A program made the translations under genes and the position numbers. Below are positions 47,447 to 57,324 of a stretch of DNA of 64,000 nucleotides, piece after piece. Location: positions 1-64,000 of the IMG/VR virus record IMGVR_UViG_3300032053_000041; one strand, given 5' to 3'. Under the pieces are notes generated by a model. That model had not been told where the DNA came from, made no database searches, and saw only the letters and a program-made list of their open reading frames with translations. This stretch comes from a virus. Numbering within the stretch: the stretch's first letter is position 1; every line of letters begins with the position of its first letter.

Positions 47447-47486
47447 GATGCTCAGTCCTCCTTCGGTTACGGGTTGAATGTGACGC

Positions 47487-48608
47487 TCAGTCGAGCGAGA
47501 AGAGCGACGCCGTGTCCACCGGCTCGCGGTCGCGGCGGCTGGTGATCTGCTCGACCGGCGGCGGCATGTGCTCGGGCGGGCTCGCTGGTACGCTCGGGCT
47601 CGCTGGTACGCATCGCCAGACGTTGCCGTGCCCCAGAGACATGCTGGTCCATGGAGCCTTGGGGCCAGCCAGTTGCCTGAAGTACACACGGGGGCCTTCT
47701 GGGCCAGCCGCCGCAGCGCCGGTCACGAGGAACACGGTCGCTGGGCCGTTGTCGTTGCCGTGCAGCGTGTCGCCGACGCGGACGGGAGTGCGCGCGGCGT
47801 CGTAGCCGAGCACGGTCCCGTCGATGCGAAGGCTTTGCAGCAGGCAGGTGGGGGCATGTAGCGACTGCCCCTCGAACATGGTGACGCCGCAGTGAAAGCA
47901 CGTCTTTTTCGGGCAGGGGGCATCGTTCAGCGCTCGGAGCCCCTCCGCCAGCATGTCCGCCACGTGGCCGATGACGGGCTCGCGGGTCGCGTCGTACGGG
48001 GCATGGAACACGGGGTTGCTGTCACCGTCGCCCTGCCACATGTACCCGGCTCCGCTCGGACCGCACACGACGTACATGTCCCCCGACGACCGAACCACGT
48101 CGCCGACACGCAGGCCGCCGGGCAGGAGGAGAGACGGAGCCTGTGACGGCGAGCCAGCGGGAGCGGGCGGCGGCGCCTTGCAGAGCGCCGCCAGAGCGTC
48201 ACCGATGTACTCGCCGATGTTGAGGCAGACGTGTGCCTCCTTCACCTCGTCCATGGTGAACTTGCCGGTGGCAAACAGGAAGTCCAGCACCTCCTTGCCG
48301 CTGTAGCCCACGACATGTGACGGCAGAGCCGGAGCCCACCGCTGCATGTTCGCCCTGAGCGCCCGGAAGACGTTGGCGCGTTGCTTGTCGGTCAGCGCGG
48401 ACGATCCGTTGCTGTACCCGTAGTGCCGGTCACATGACCAGTTCCCGTCCTTGATGACGAAGTGCGTGTCCTTCGGCCAGTGGGGCGCACGTATCCAGCC
48501 TCGCCGCCGGGTCTGCAGCCGGGTCGGCAGCGGACTGTTCACGTCGGCTGTGAGCACGTACTCACCGTCGGAGCGGGAACGGGCCTTGTCGAATATCTCG
48601 CTAGACAT
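47487..48608 (-). CDS. mosaic hypothetical protein
   Basis: GGAGG RBS; repeated RVGD/YDA modules; ends LFSLD. Confidence 0.6.
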   Translation of the reverse strand: MSSEIFDKARSRSDGEYVLTADVNSPLPTRLQTRRRGWIRAPHWPKDTHFVIKDGNWSCDRHYGYSNGSSALTDKQRANVFRALRANMQRWAPALPSHVVGYSGKEVLDFLFATGKFTMDEVKEAHVCLNIGEYIGDALAALCKAPPPAPAGSPSQAPSLLLPGGLRVGDVVRSSGDMYVVCGPSGAGYMWQGDGDSNPVFHAPYDATREPVIGHVADMLAEGLRALNDAPCPKKTCFHCGVTMFEGQSLHAPTCLLQSLRIDGTVLGYDAARTPVRVGDTLHGNDNGPATVFLVTGAAAAGPEGPRVYFRQLAGPKAPWTSMSLGHGNVWRCVPASPSVPASPPEHMPPPVEQITSRRDREPVDTASLFSLD

Positions 48609-48626
48609 GTGTCCTCCGTGGATGGG

Positions 48627-49037
48627 TTAGAGCGTGAACAGGTCGGACGGGTTGCGCTCGCCTGACTCGGGCGCCGCGTCGTCCTCGTCGGCGTCGAGGG
48701 AGAACTTCGCTGCAGCCTGCTCGGGCGTCTCAGCGAGTCGATCTTCCTCGGTGATCGTCGTCACACGCCGGTCGCGCACCTCTTTGATCGCGAGGGACAG
48801 GCGCTCGTCGTCGAGCTTGATCATGGTGCCGCGCGCTGCGGCACGTGCCTCGTACACTTGCAGCTTGCTCGTCTGGTCGAACAGGGCTCGCAGGGCGTCA
48901 CGCACGCCTTCCTGCGTCAAGTCCGCCCTGGCGAGTCCGCCGGACTGTGCGATTGCGGCCACGAGCGCCTTGGCGCACTCCATCACGTTGAGCACGTGCA
49001 TGGCTTGGATCTGGTCGTCTCTTCCGAATGGGGGCAT
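48627..49037 (-). CDS. hypothetical protein
   Basis: Downstream of the motif copy at 49061; ends DLFTL. Confidence 0.6.
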   Translation of the reverse strand: MPPFGRDDQIQAMHVLNVMECAKALVAAIAQSGGLARADLTQEGVRDALRALFDQTSKLQVYEARAAARGTMIKLDDERLSLAIKEVRDRRVTTITEEDRLAETPEQAAAKFSLDADEDDAAPESGERNPSDLFTL

Positions 49038-49083
49038 CGGTGTCTCTCTTTCTCCTGCCGTACTTGGCCAGGAACAGGGGTGG

Positions 49084-49506
49084 TCAGAGCCAGTCGAGTT
49101 TGTCGAAGACGGAGGGACCGACCGCCGCTGGCGTGGGCCGCCCAGCCGCGCCCATGCGGGCCTGGCGGTACGCCTCCTGATCGCACGTCGCGACATATCC
49201 ATGCGGCACGGACGAACGAGCAGGCGTGATCAGGACGGCGTTGTTCTGCGAAATGCTCCAATTCCCGTCGGAAGACAGAATATACGTGCCGGGATCGTCG
49301 TTGAGGTCGTCTGCGCCGACGATGCGTATATCGTCCGCGCGCATCACAAAGCCGGTGATTTTGTCCATGAGCCAGTCGCCTTGGTAGAGCGTGGCTCCGT
49401 TGCAGTCCCGCACGTAGACGCTGACCCCGTCGCAGTCCCGCGTCATCAGCAGCGTGCGCTGCGGAGGCGCGGTGGGGCTGTTGCTGTCCGTCTCCCAGTT
49501 CGGCAT
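49084..49506 (-). CDS. hypothetical protein, paralog of the C-terminal domain of 49514..50026
   Basis: LYQGDWL..ITGFVMRA...CDQEAYRQA...LDWL. Confidence 0.65.
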   Translation of the reverse strand: MPNWETDSNSPTAPPQRTLLMTRDCDGVSVYVRDCNGATLYQGDWLMDKITGFVMRADDIRIVGADDLNDDPGTYILSSDGNWSISQNNAVLITPARSSVPHGYVATCDQEAYRQARMGAAGRPTPAAVGPSVFDKLDWL

Positions 49507-49513
49507 GTGCCTC

Positions 49514-50026
49514 CTAGAGCCAGTCGAGGTTGGTGAGCACTGACGGGCCGTCAAGCGGCGCCGTCGGCATGTGTACGGGCCTTCCGAGCATGGCATGGCG
49601 GTACGTCTCCCTGTCGCATCGAGCGATCTTCGCGTCCGGGTGTTCCGGCTCCCCTGCGGGGATGAATAGCAGCGCTCGCGCGGCCGGGATGTTCCACATG
49701 CGGTCAATGGCCTGGAAATCGTGCCCTCCGTCCATGTACGCGGCGCGCATTACGAAGCCGGTGTTGATGTCGCGGAGCCAGTCGCCCTGGTAGATGTCGG
49801 TGCGATTGACGCCGACCCCGAGATAGACGCCCGCGGCCGGGCTCGAACGCACCACCACACGTCGCTTGGCCGTCGCTAGGTAGCGTTCCAGGTGCTTGCA
49901 CGACTTCGGTGACGCCTTGCTGAACTTCCAGCCGGTGCAATCACAGTACGGCGTGCCGTCACGAGCTTCGATGATGCGATGCTCGCTGCCGTTCGAGCCG
50001 GGGACCGTCGCTAGAACCGTGGTCAC
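49514..50026 (-). CDS. SWIM zinc-finger protein
   Basis: VPGSNG..H...YCDCTGWKF....CKHL; C-terminal IYQGDWL..TGFVMRA...LDWL. Confidence 0.7.
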   Translation of the reverse strand: MTTVLATVPGSNGSEHRIIEARDGTPYCDCTGWKFSKASPKSCKHLERYLATAKRRVVVRSSPAAGVYLGVGVNRTDIYQGDWLRDINTGFVMRAAYMDGGHDFQAIDRMWNIPAARALLFIPAGEPEHPDAKIARCDRETYRHAMLGRPVHMPTAPLDGPSVLTNLDWL

Positions 50027-51198
50027 AGTACGGATCCCACGAACTTCTTCGCCCCGTCAACGGACGTCATGTCCGCGTCGGTCAGGTGGATGTACTCGGA
50101 GGCGCGATCCTTGAGGTCACCGTAGAACGGCGTGTCGATTGCGATGCTCCACAGGCGGGTTCCCGCTTTACGCATCTCTTCGAGCGCTTCCCCGACACGT
50201 GACCCGCCGTCGCCGCCGTCCGAGACGAGCACGACGTCTGCGCCACGGTGGCCCAGAGCAGCAAGGTTCGCAACCTCGTCCACGCCCACCATGAGAGCGC
50301 GGCCAATGTCCGTGCCTCCGTCGAGGAATGTGTGCTGCGCTCGCACGACGCCCGCCTTGTCGCCAGGCTTCAGCACGACCGCTTTCGTCGCCGTGCTGAA
50401 GTGAACCACGACCACCGCGCGTTTCTCTTCCCACGCGATGCGGGTCAGAGCGGTCATCGCGGCCTTGGCCCACTCGTCGCGGCTGCCGTTCATGGAGCCC
50501 GACTCGTCGAGAGCAATCACGAGCGGTCCCCGCGACTTCTTGTCGCGACCGGCACGCTCAAACTGCAGCGCTCGGCGCTCGGCGATCTGGCCGAACAGGT
50601 GCCGCCGCGTCGGATCCGTGCCGAGCATGGCATATTCCTGCGGAAGCAGGACGGCGACGTCGCCGCCCGTCTCCGTGCCGATCACCTCTTCGGGGATACC
50701 GGCGACACGCTGCGCTTTCGCGCCCTTTAGCGCCTGGTACATGCGCCCGGCCAGCATGGCGATCCGACGCATCTTCTCGGGATCGGGGCGCATCTCCTGC
50801 ACCGCGCGGAGTATGAGCCACGAGCCAGAGCTATCGGCGCCGAGCCCGTGCTCGATGTGCCCGCCCTGGTCGGCGAGAGCGCGGAACCGCTCCCACCCGG
50901 CCTCGGCGATCTTCCGCGCTTCGTAGGGCGAGCGGGGGTAGCGCGGCGGCACGCCAGCGTCGGCATGTGCCTCGACGTGACACTGCAGAGCGAACGCCGC
51001 CGCGATGTCCTCGGTCGCGAGCAGCACCGCGTATTCCACCGGCATCGTGTCGGCCACGGCCAGCGTGACCATGGCGTCGCCAGTGGCGCCGAGCCCGGTG
51101 ACTCCGGCATATATCTCGACGGCGAGCGGTTCGTTCGCGTCGGTGACGATTTCGGCGACCATCGAGTGCCGCCGCTTGGCTTGCTTGAATGTCAGCAT
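50023..51198 (-). CDS. VWA-domain protein (ViaA-like)
   Basis: ALDESGSM (MIDAS), GGTDI, VLVSDG. Confidence 0.85.
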   Translation of the reverse strand: MLTFKQAKRRHSMVAEIVTDANEPLAVEIYAGVTGLGATGDAMVTLAVADTMPVEYAVLLATEDIAAAFALQCHVEAHADAGVPPRYPRSPYEARKIAEAGWERFRALADQGGHIEHGLGADSSGSWLILRAVQEMRPDPEKMRRIAMLAGRMYQALKGAKAQRVAGIPEEVIGTETGGDVAVLLPQEYAMLGTDPTRRHLFGQIAERRALQFERAGRDKKSRGPLVIALDESGSMNGSRDEWAKAAMTALTRIAWEEKRAVVVVHFSTATKAVVLKPGDKAGVVRAQHTFLDGGTDIGRALMVGVDEVANLAALGHRGADVVLVSDGGDGGSRVGEALEEMRKAGTRLWSIAIDTPFYGDLKDRASEYIHLTDADMTSVDGAKKFVGSVL

Positions 51199-51235
51199 GT
51201 GTCCGTGCCCTTCGTTGCGTTGCGTTGCGTTTGCA

Positions 51236-51360
51236 GTCCGCGCCCCGGCTCGAACCGGCGGCGCTTCGTACCCGTTGCGGGCTACTCGCTGGATCGTACC
51301 GTCGGCACATTCCAGCGAGTAGCCCGGTCACGGCGGCTGGGAAGCGCCCGCCGTGACCGG
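51236..51360 (-). ncRNA. structured intergenic RNA element (two long hairpins + T-loop-like hairpin)
   Basis: 13-bp IR CCGGTCACGGCGG, 16-bp IR CGGGCTACTCGCTGGA, then GGTTCGAGCC. Confidence 0.45.
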
Positions 51361-51370
51361 GGAGAGAGTG

Positions 51371-52552
51371 TTACGGGCGGAGCCCGAGACTGCCGCTCGC
51401 TTTGCAGTCGTCATATGCCTGGCTCAGTTCGAGCAGGTAGCTCTTGGCGCGGTCCTTGACCCGTTGCGGCACCTTGCCGCCGAACCGCGCCTTAATGTCG
51501 CGGCCCCCTGCTTCCATCTGGTCGCAGAGTGCGGACGCTCGCTCGTTGAAGTCCGACTGTCCCTTCGCGGCGTGGTAGGCGTCGAGCAGCCGTTCCACAA
51601 TCGTGCGAATCTCGCCGATCATGCCCTTGTTGACGGTGCCGATCGCCGTCTCGACGGCGGGCCTGTCGTCCGGCCGCCGCCAGAGCACATTCCGCAAAAA
51701 GTCCACGTGGTCGAGTTCGACCGTGGCCGACCCGTCGAGCCAGGCGAACGCTTGCAGGATCTTGACGCACTTGAACATGCGCCGGTCGGACACGTAGATC
51801 CCGGCGCCTTTCAGTGCATCCTGCACATTCAGCAGCGCCTCGAACACGAGCGGATCGAACACGAGGGTTCGGGCGGCGTCATGTGCCGCCGTAATCTCCG
51901 CGATGGAGACCGGCTGCAGCCGGATCGGCTGGCGAGGCACGGCAGCAGCCTCGACGAAAGCGAGCCTCGCGGCCCGCTTCGCAATCGGCTCGACCCAGAA
52001 CCGGACGAGCAGGCGGTCTTCGAGCGCAGCCACGCTCTCGTCCTCGCCGAACTCGTTCGAGGCGCCGACGAACGTAATGAGCGGGGACACATAGCCGCCC
52101 CGCACGTTCCGCTCATTGAGCCAGCCGAGCAGCGAGTTGAGAAACCCGCCGCTCGCCTTGAAGCACTCGTCACCGAAAGCGAAGTGCGCCTCAGTGATCT
52201 TGCCGTCCGTCTTGTAGACGTAGGCGCCGTTCGTGAACGCCTGGACGTCCAGGAACGCGAGGTGATCCGCCTCGGTGGACTGGCGGGTGAACAGATCCTC
52301 CCGGTACGTGCCGGTGAACTGCGACGCCCACGTCCGCACCAAGTCAGACTTGGCCGTGCCGGGGGGGCCGACGAGCACGCCGTGCTCTTGCGAGGTGGCG
52401 CAGACGTCCAGCGCAACCAAGATGTCGGCTCGCTCGTGGAACACGGCGGCGATCACCTTGCGGTTGGCGAGCAGACGTCGGCGGACGTCCGCCAGGTCGA
52501 TGGCGGGGGGCTCGGTGTCGTGAATCATGTGCATGGCGCTTCCCAGGGTCAT
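51371..52552 (-). CDS. MoxR/RavA-like AAA+ ATPase
   Basis: GPPGTAKS, FGDECFKA, LNSLL, GASNE, ALEDR, SDRR. Confidence 0.9.
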   Translation of the reverse strand: MTLGSAMHMIHDTEPPAIDLADVRRRLLANRKVIAAVFHERADILVALDVCATSQEHGVLVGPPGTAKSDLVRTWASQFTGTYREDLFTRQSTEADHLAFLDVQAFTNGAYVYKTDGKITEAHFAFGDECFKASGGFLNSLLGWLNERNVRGGYVSPLITFVGASNEFGEDESVAALEDRLLVRFWVEPIAKRAARLAFVEAAAVPRQPIRLQPVSIAEITAAHDAARTLVFDPLVFEALLNVQDALKGAGIYVSDRRMFKCVKILQAFAWLDGSATVELDHVDFLRNVLWRRPDDRPAVETAIGTVNKGMIGEIRTIVERLLDAYHAAKGQSDFNERASALCDQMEAGGRDIKARFGGKVPQRVKDRAKSYLLELSQAYDDCKASGSLGLRP

Positions 52553-52585
52553 GTTCGGGTTTCCGTTCGGGGTGAGGGTTCCGGC

Positions 52586-52999
52586 CTACTTGACCGGGAA
52601 CAGGGGTACGGCGACGCTCGCCGCTGAGATCAATCGGGTCACGGCGACGATTCGGCCGTCCGTGTCTCGGATGGCGCCGTCGGCGGGGCCTGTGCCGGGT
52701 GACACGACGTCGCGCCGGTCGACTCGTCCCGCCACAAGGCCCGACACGATGTAGACCGTGCTTGCATGTGGCGGCGGGAGCCCTTCCACGTCGCCCCACT
52801 CGGGGGATCCGTAGATCGGCACGGGGCCGGTGTCGTCCACAAGCACGCCGGGGGTGCTTGCAACGCGGCACACGGTGCCGTTCGGGGGGATCGTGACGTC
52901 GATCCCGTTGCGGCGCAGCACGACGGGGTGCGGCGTCAGGTTCACCAGGGTACGGCCCTGGCTGGTGGCGGCGGGGTGGAGTGAAGCGGGGTGAGTCAT
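52586..52999 (-). CDS. conserved phage hypothetical protein
   Basis: LVNLTPHPV...VEGLP...YIVS...RDTDGRIVAV; ATG 5 nt after a motif copy. Confidence 0.75.
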   Translation of the reverse strand: MTHPASLHPAATSQGRTLVNLTPHPVVLRRNGIDVTIPPNGTVCRVASTPGVLVDDTGPVPIYGSPEWGDVEGLPPPHASTVYIVSGLVAGRVDRRDVVSPGTGPADGAIRDTDGRIVAVTRLISAASVAVPLFPVK

Positions 53000-53029
53000 G
53001 GCCCTACTTGGCCAGGAACAGGGGTCATC

Positions 53030-53125
53030 GTTTGGCTCGGTTTTGGTCTACGTTACGATAAACGCGGCATTGGGTAACGATAGGACCGGTATCGGTACGA
53101 TAACTACACTTATGTTAACGTCAGC
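53030..53125. promoter_or_regulatory. AT-rich divergence centre with ~21-bp-periodic ACGAT boxes
   Basis: ACGATA at 53055, 53077, 53097 and ACGT at 53118; flanked by divergent motif copies. Confidence 0.55.
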
Positions 53126-53165
53126 AGAACGGCCCCGGCGACCCCTGTTCCTAGCCAAGTAGGGC

Positions 53166-53762
53166 ATGAACCACCCCGCCGTTTCCGCCGCCCCTGCCGC
53201 TCGCCCCGCCCCTCTCGCCCCGTTCGCCGTCGGCGGACGCATCGTCTACGCCGCCACCGAGGCGGAGGCGGTCAAGCTCCTGGCTCTCCGCCTCCCCATC
53301 GAGGCGGCACATGCCGCCAAGTGTGCGGCGGAAGCGGCGGCACAGGCTGCCAAGGCGGCGGAGCGCAAGGCGGCCCGCAAGGCGGCCCGAGTGGCGGCGG
53401 CACATGCCGAGGCCAGCAAGGCGGCGGCAAGCGCCGCCTTCGACACGGAGTGGGCAGCGCTCCTCTCGGCGGAAGAGCGCCAGAACGCCGCCAAGGCGGC
53501 GTCCCTGTACTGGGTGACCGGCGAGGGCGAGCGCCCCAAGCTCTCGGCGGTGGCCGAGAGCACGTGGAGTGTGCTGGTGGTGGGCCTGCCCCGCCGGACG
53601 CTGACGGCCCGCAACCGGCCCGGCTTCGGTGCCGACGGCAACCCGGCCATCGGCCAGGGTAGCCGCACTCGGCCCGGTCAGAACGTGGGCCTGGCCCACG
53701 AGGCGAGCGCCGAGCGGCCCTACGCCGTGACCTACAACGCCACGGCCCCGGTGGGCCTGTGA
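53166..53762 (+). CDS. Ala-rich early protein
   Basis: ATG 4 nt after a motif copy. Confidence 0.65.
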   Translation: MNHPAVSAAPAARPAPLAPFAVGGRIVYAATEAEAVKLLALRLPIEAAHAAKCAAEAAAQAAKAAERKAARKAARVAAAHAEASKAAASAAFDTEWAALLSAEERQNAAKAASLYWVTGEGERPKLSAVAESTWSVLVVGLPRRTLTARNRPGFGADGNPAIGQGSRTRPGQNVGLAHEASAERPYAVTYNATAPVGL

Positions 53763-53827
53763 GCCTCAACGACCCCTGTTCCTCGCCAAGTAAGCCGAAC
53801 GTCAACCCCGAACCGGAGCAACGCAAC

Positions 53828-54973
53828 ATGTCCAACCCGTCCGACCCCACGTCCACCCCCGGCGAGCAGATCGCCGCTGACGCCGCATCGCAAGGCGGCA
53901 CGTTGCTGGCCTACCAAGTGGGCCTGCTCTACCCGAGGTTCCGGGGCGTCCCCCGCGAAGCGCTCGCCGAGGTTTTCGAGCGGCACGACTTCACCCGCAT
54001 CGCCAAGCGGCTGCGCTCCATCACGGAGCGGACGGCGCTGGCCCACGTCTGCGGTCGGCCCGGTGACGTGGCCAGCCGTGGCCTGCACATGGTGTCCGTC
54101 AAGCAGACGGACGGCGACCATCTGCAGGCATGGGTGATCTGCAAGGCCGCCGAGGTTGGCCGCGAGGACGTCGAGCACATGGCCGGTGCTCGCGTCTTCT
54201 CGTGCCCCGCCGGGATCTTCGCCGCCGGTCCCGTTGTCGGGGTCGAGGATCCCACGTGCCGTGCCCTCGCTGACGAACTCGCCGCCAGGGCGCAGTTGCT
54301 CGCCTCGACGTGCGACACCGCCACGGTGAGCCGGGCATGTGGCGACGCCTTGGGGCAGGTCACGGCCTACCAGTTTCTCAGCAAGGGCAGCTACATCCTG
54401 CGAGCCGGTGACCCCGGCGCGCAGCGGATCGCCGCGCTCTACCGGGATCTGCGAGCGTCGTTCTACGACGACGTGCGCCGGGCTGGCCTGCAGGCTGGCG
54501 TCGCCGAGGTCATGGGCCACGCCGGGGGCGGCGGCGGGAATGTGCTCGCCGTGAGCGACGCCATTATCACGGACGCCGAGAAGCAGGTGGCCGCGCTCGA
54601 AGCGCAGTGGTCGAAGGACCAGGGCGCGAAGGGGCACACGCTCGCCAGGCACCGCAACGCGGCACAGGCCGTGCTCGACGGGCTCCGCCCACTCCGCGCT
54701 TTGCTCGGCACATCGGCCGACCGCCTGGAGCGGCTGACCGAGGCACTCGTCAAGGGCTACGGCAACGCCCAGACGGCGGCGGATCTGACGCTGCCCGACT
54801 GGGTCCGCGACGAGTGCGAGGCGCTCCGCGACGCTGGCGCCGATGACGAGCCCGTCACTGGCCCGGCCATCCCGGCGCCGGTTGCGGCGCCCGAGGCGGA
54901 CGAGGCGCCCGAGGCGCCCGAGGCGCCCGAGGACGCGGCGGTCAAGAGCCCGTTCGACCTGGACGACATGTGA
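53828..54973 (+). CDS. hypothetical early protein
   Basis: GGAG RBS; 381 aa; (APE)n tail; ends PFDLDDM. Confidence 0.75.
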   Translation: MSNPSDPTSTPGEQIAADAASQGGTLLAYQVGLLYPRFRGVPREALAEVFERHDFTRIAKRLRSITERTALAHVCGRPGDVASRGLHMVSVKQTDGDHLQAWVICKAAEVGREDVEHMAGARVFSCPAGIFAAGPVVGVEDPTCRALADELAARAQLLASTCDTATVSRACGDALGQVTAYQFLSKGSYILRAGDPGAQRIAALYRDLRASFYDDVRRAGLQAGVAEVMGHAGGGGGNVLAVSDAIITDAEKQVAALEAQWSKDQGAKGHTLARHRNAAQAVLDGLRPLRALLGTSADRLERLTEALVKGYGNAQTAADLTLPDWVRDECEALRDAGADDEPVTGPAIPAPVAAPEADEAPEAPEAPEDAAVKSPFDLDDM

Positions 54974-55241
54974 CGGCCACGCGGGCTGACCGCCGCCCCG
55001 GATACGCCGGGACGGCGGAAGCCTGCAGCACATACCGGAGATTCACCATGCACACGACGCACACGACTGAAACAACGCCGCTCGACTTCGAGGCGGCTCG
55101 CTCGCTCATCTACAAGCTCGGAGTGCGAGGCGCCCGCCGCGCCGTGCTTCGCATGGCGTCGCGAACACATGCGCCCAAGGCGCAGCGACGCGCTGCGATC
55201 CGCTCGGTCACGGTCTGCGCTGCGACCGAGTGACGTCACAT

Positions 55242-55325
55242 GCCCCGGCTCGGATTCGAGTCGGGGCGCGGCTCCCCGTCGCCCCGTTGGGGGCGCGGCC
55301 GGTTCGATCCCGACGCGACGGGCCA
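55242..55325 (+). ncRNA. tRNA-like mini element
   Basis: CCCGTCGC/GCGACGGG stem followed by CCA; T-loop GGTTCGATCCC; upstream hairpin; no full cloverleaf. Confidence 0.4.
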
Positions 55326-55369
55326 CTGATGACCCCTGTTCCTGACGAAGTACGTCGAAAGGCAATCCC

Positions 55370-55687
55370 ATGAGCAACGACAACACCCGAGACGACGGCG
55401 ACCAGTTCGCCATGAACGTGACCGACGCCGTGCTGGCGATCCTTCGCGCCACGGTCGAGCACACCGACGGCCCCGGCCAGGCGCTCTATGCCCTGACGTC
55501 GGCGGTCGCCGCGCTGCAGCAGTTCATCCTGCGGCACGATCCGCAGGCCGACGATCTGATCGTGTCCATGAACAGCGCCGTGGAGAACATGCCCGCCGAG
55601 CTTGGCGCGGGGATCTTCGCTCAGGTGCTCCGCGAGGCGCAGGCCGCTCGTGAGCCGCACCCGACGCGCTTCTACGGGGAGGCGTGA
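55370..55687 (+). CDS. hypothetical protein
   Basis: Directly after the motif copy at 55333. Confidence 0.6.
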   Translation: MSNDNTRDDGDQFAMNVTDAVLAILRATVEHTDGPGQALYALTSAVAALQQFILRHDPQADDLIVSMNSAVENMPAELGAGIFAQVLREAQAAREPHPTRFYGEA

Positions 55688-55897
55688 GCACATGCTGAAA
55701 GTAGCCGACAAACATCGCCTGCTCGCCGCCGCGGGCTTCGAGCCTCCCAAGCGTCGCCCCGGCCCGTTCTCGGGCCACTGGTTCGTCCCTCGCGCGTTCT
55801 GTCCCGAGCTTGGAACGACGGGGATCGATGAGATCGCCACCGGCAAGATGCTGCCGTTCGACGAGGCGTGGCGGCGCTACGAAGCAAAGGAGAGCAT

Positions 55898-56173
55898 ATG
55901 ACCACCGTCAAGGCACAAGCCGACGTCTACCGCATCCCGGTCGGGACGCGCCTCACGGTGCGCTGGTCGTTCAACGGCAAGGTCGCCGCCCGCACGTACC
56001 TGCGGAAGCAGGGCACGTCTGCCGTGTTCGCCACGCCCGAGGGTCGCGACACGTTCCTTAACCTGCGGGGCGCGACGGTCAGTCAGACCGAGCGCGGCTT
56101 CAACGTCTCTTGGCCGGGTGACCCCGGCGCGACTGCCTGCGAGTACACGTTCACCACGGAGGAAGGCACATGA
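55898..56173 (+). CDS. hypothetical protein (copy A)
   Basis: AAGGAG RBS. Confidence 0.7.
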   Translation: MTTVKAQADVYRIPVGTRLTVRWSFNGKVAARTYLRKQGTSAVFATPEGRDTFLNLRGATVSQTERGFNVSWPGDPGATACEYTFTTEEGT

Positions 56174-56339
56174 AGTTCACGTTCGTCTACAGTCTGTACG
56201 TCACGGTCGACGCACCCGACGAGGACGCCGCCGAGGAAGCGGTCGAGGCCAAGCTCGACGAGATCGCGCTTCTCCCTCTCGACCATTCCGACTGCTTCCG
56301 CAGCGCCCTGGAACACGTCGACACGCTCACGGAGGACAC

Positions 56340-56558
56340 ATGACCGCGCGTTCGAGTCGCGCCGCGCCGACCTACCGCATCATCCGACTCTTCCGGGAGG
56401 ACTACCCGCGCAAGCGGCTGCAGGGCGGCCTGACGCTCGCAGAGGCACAGGCCCACTGCACCGACCCCGAGACGTCCAGCAGCACATGCACCAACGCCGA
56501 GGGTAAGCGGCTCACCGAGCAGCGCGGCCCCTGGTTCGACGCTTACGAGGAGGAGTGA
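56340..56558 (+). CDS. conserved phage hypothetical protein
   Basis: YRIIRLF...GLTLAEAQAHCTDPETSS...WFDAYEE. Confidence 0.65.
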   Translation: MTARSSRAAPTYRIIRLFREDYPRKRLQGGLTLAEAQAHCTDPETSSSTCTNAEGKRLTEQRGPWFDAYEEE

Positions 56559-56749
56559 ACATGAACGCAGCCGTGGCCGACGTGTACGACTACGACACGA
56601 ACGACTGCCTGGAGGGCTTCCCGTCCGAGGCTCTCGTCGAGGCTAGCCGTGCGGCTGATCCGACCGGCGCGGTCGCCGCGTTCTTCGACGTCCGGCAAGA
56701 TGCTGCCGTTCGACGAGGCGTGGCGGCGCTACGAAGCAAAGGAGAGCAT

Positions 56750-57022
56750 ATGACCACCGTCAAGGCACAAGCCGACGTCTACCGCATCCCGGTCGGGACG
56801 CGCCTCACGGTGCGCTGGTCGTTCAACGGCAAGGTCGCCGCCCGCACGTACCTGCGGAAGCAGGGCACGTCCGCCGTGTTCGCCACGCCCGAGGGGCGCG
56901 ACACGTTCCTGAACCTGAAGGGCGCGACGGTCACGGCGACCGAGCGCGGCTTCAACGTCTCGTGGCCGGGTGACCCCGGCGCGACTGCCTGCGAGTACAC
57001 ATTCACGGAGGAAAACACATGA
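56750..57022 (+). CDS. hypothetical protein (copy B)
   Basis: Duplicate of 55898..56173, in frame with an upstream truncated ORF from 56561. Confidence 0.65.
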   Translation: MTTVKAQADVYRIPVGTRLTVRWSFNGKVAARTYLRKQGTSAVFATPEGRDTFLNLKGATVTATERGFNVSWPGDPGATACEYTFTEENT

Positions 57023-57324
57023 GCACACGAGCACAGATTCAAGTCGAGGGTTCCAAGGTTCTCGTCTACAAGCACAGCGACGGCTACCCGGACGGGGAGC
57101 ACGGTGTGCTGGCGTGGCTGACGCCGTTCGTCGCGAGCTTCATGCAGCGTCGCGGGTTCGATCCGGACTACATGACGGCACGGATCGTCGTGGCGGGCAT
57201 CGCCAGTGACGGAGCGGAGGCGGACCCGACGCTCGGATGGGGCGTCGACACCGAGATCCACGGCGACATCGCGTACCTCTACACGGTGAAGCGCGACGGT
57301 TCCATCGACGTCAAGGAGATGTGA
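57019..57324 (+). CDS. conserved phage hypothetical protein
   Basis: MSTRAQI...YKHSDGYP...HGDIAYLY. Confidence 0.75.
   Translation: MSTRAQIQVEGSKVLVYKHSDGYPDGEHGVLAWLTPFVASFMQRRGFDPDYMTARIVVAGIASDGAEADPTLGWGVDTEIHGDIAYLYTVKRDGSIDVKEM

Larger units (their letters stand above)
55840..57021 (+). repeat. ~330-bp direct duplication (55840-~56172 and 56692-~57021)
   Basis: Near-identical DNA covering an RBS and the gene MTTVKAQADVYRIPVG... Confidence 0.9.

Noticed and set aside
51353-55033. Long antisense ORFs (e.g. 51353-52627 alternative frame, 53732-55033, 6812-8056)
   Set aside because: Shadow ORFs expected at high GC; they overlap better-supported genes and have Arg/Pro-rich, motif-free translations.
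55242-55325. Canonical tRNA gene or attP
   Set aside because: No D-arm or anticodon arm can be folded and no integrase is nearby; kept only as tRNA-like.
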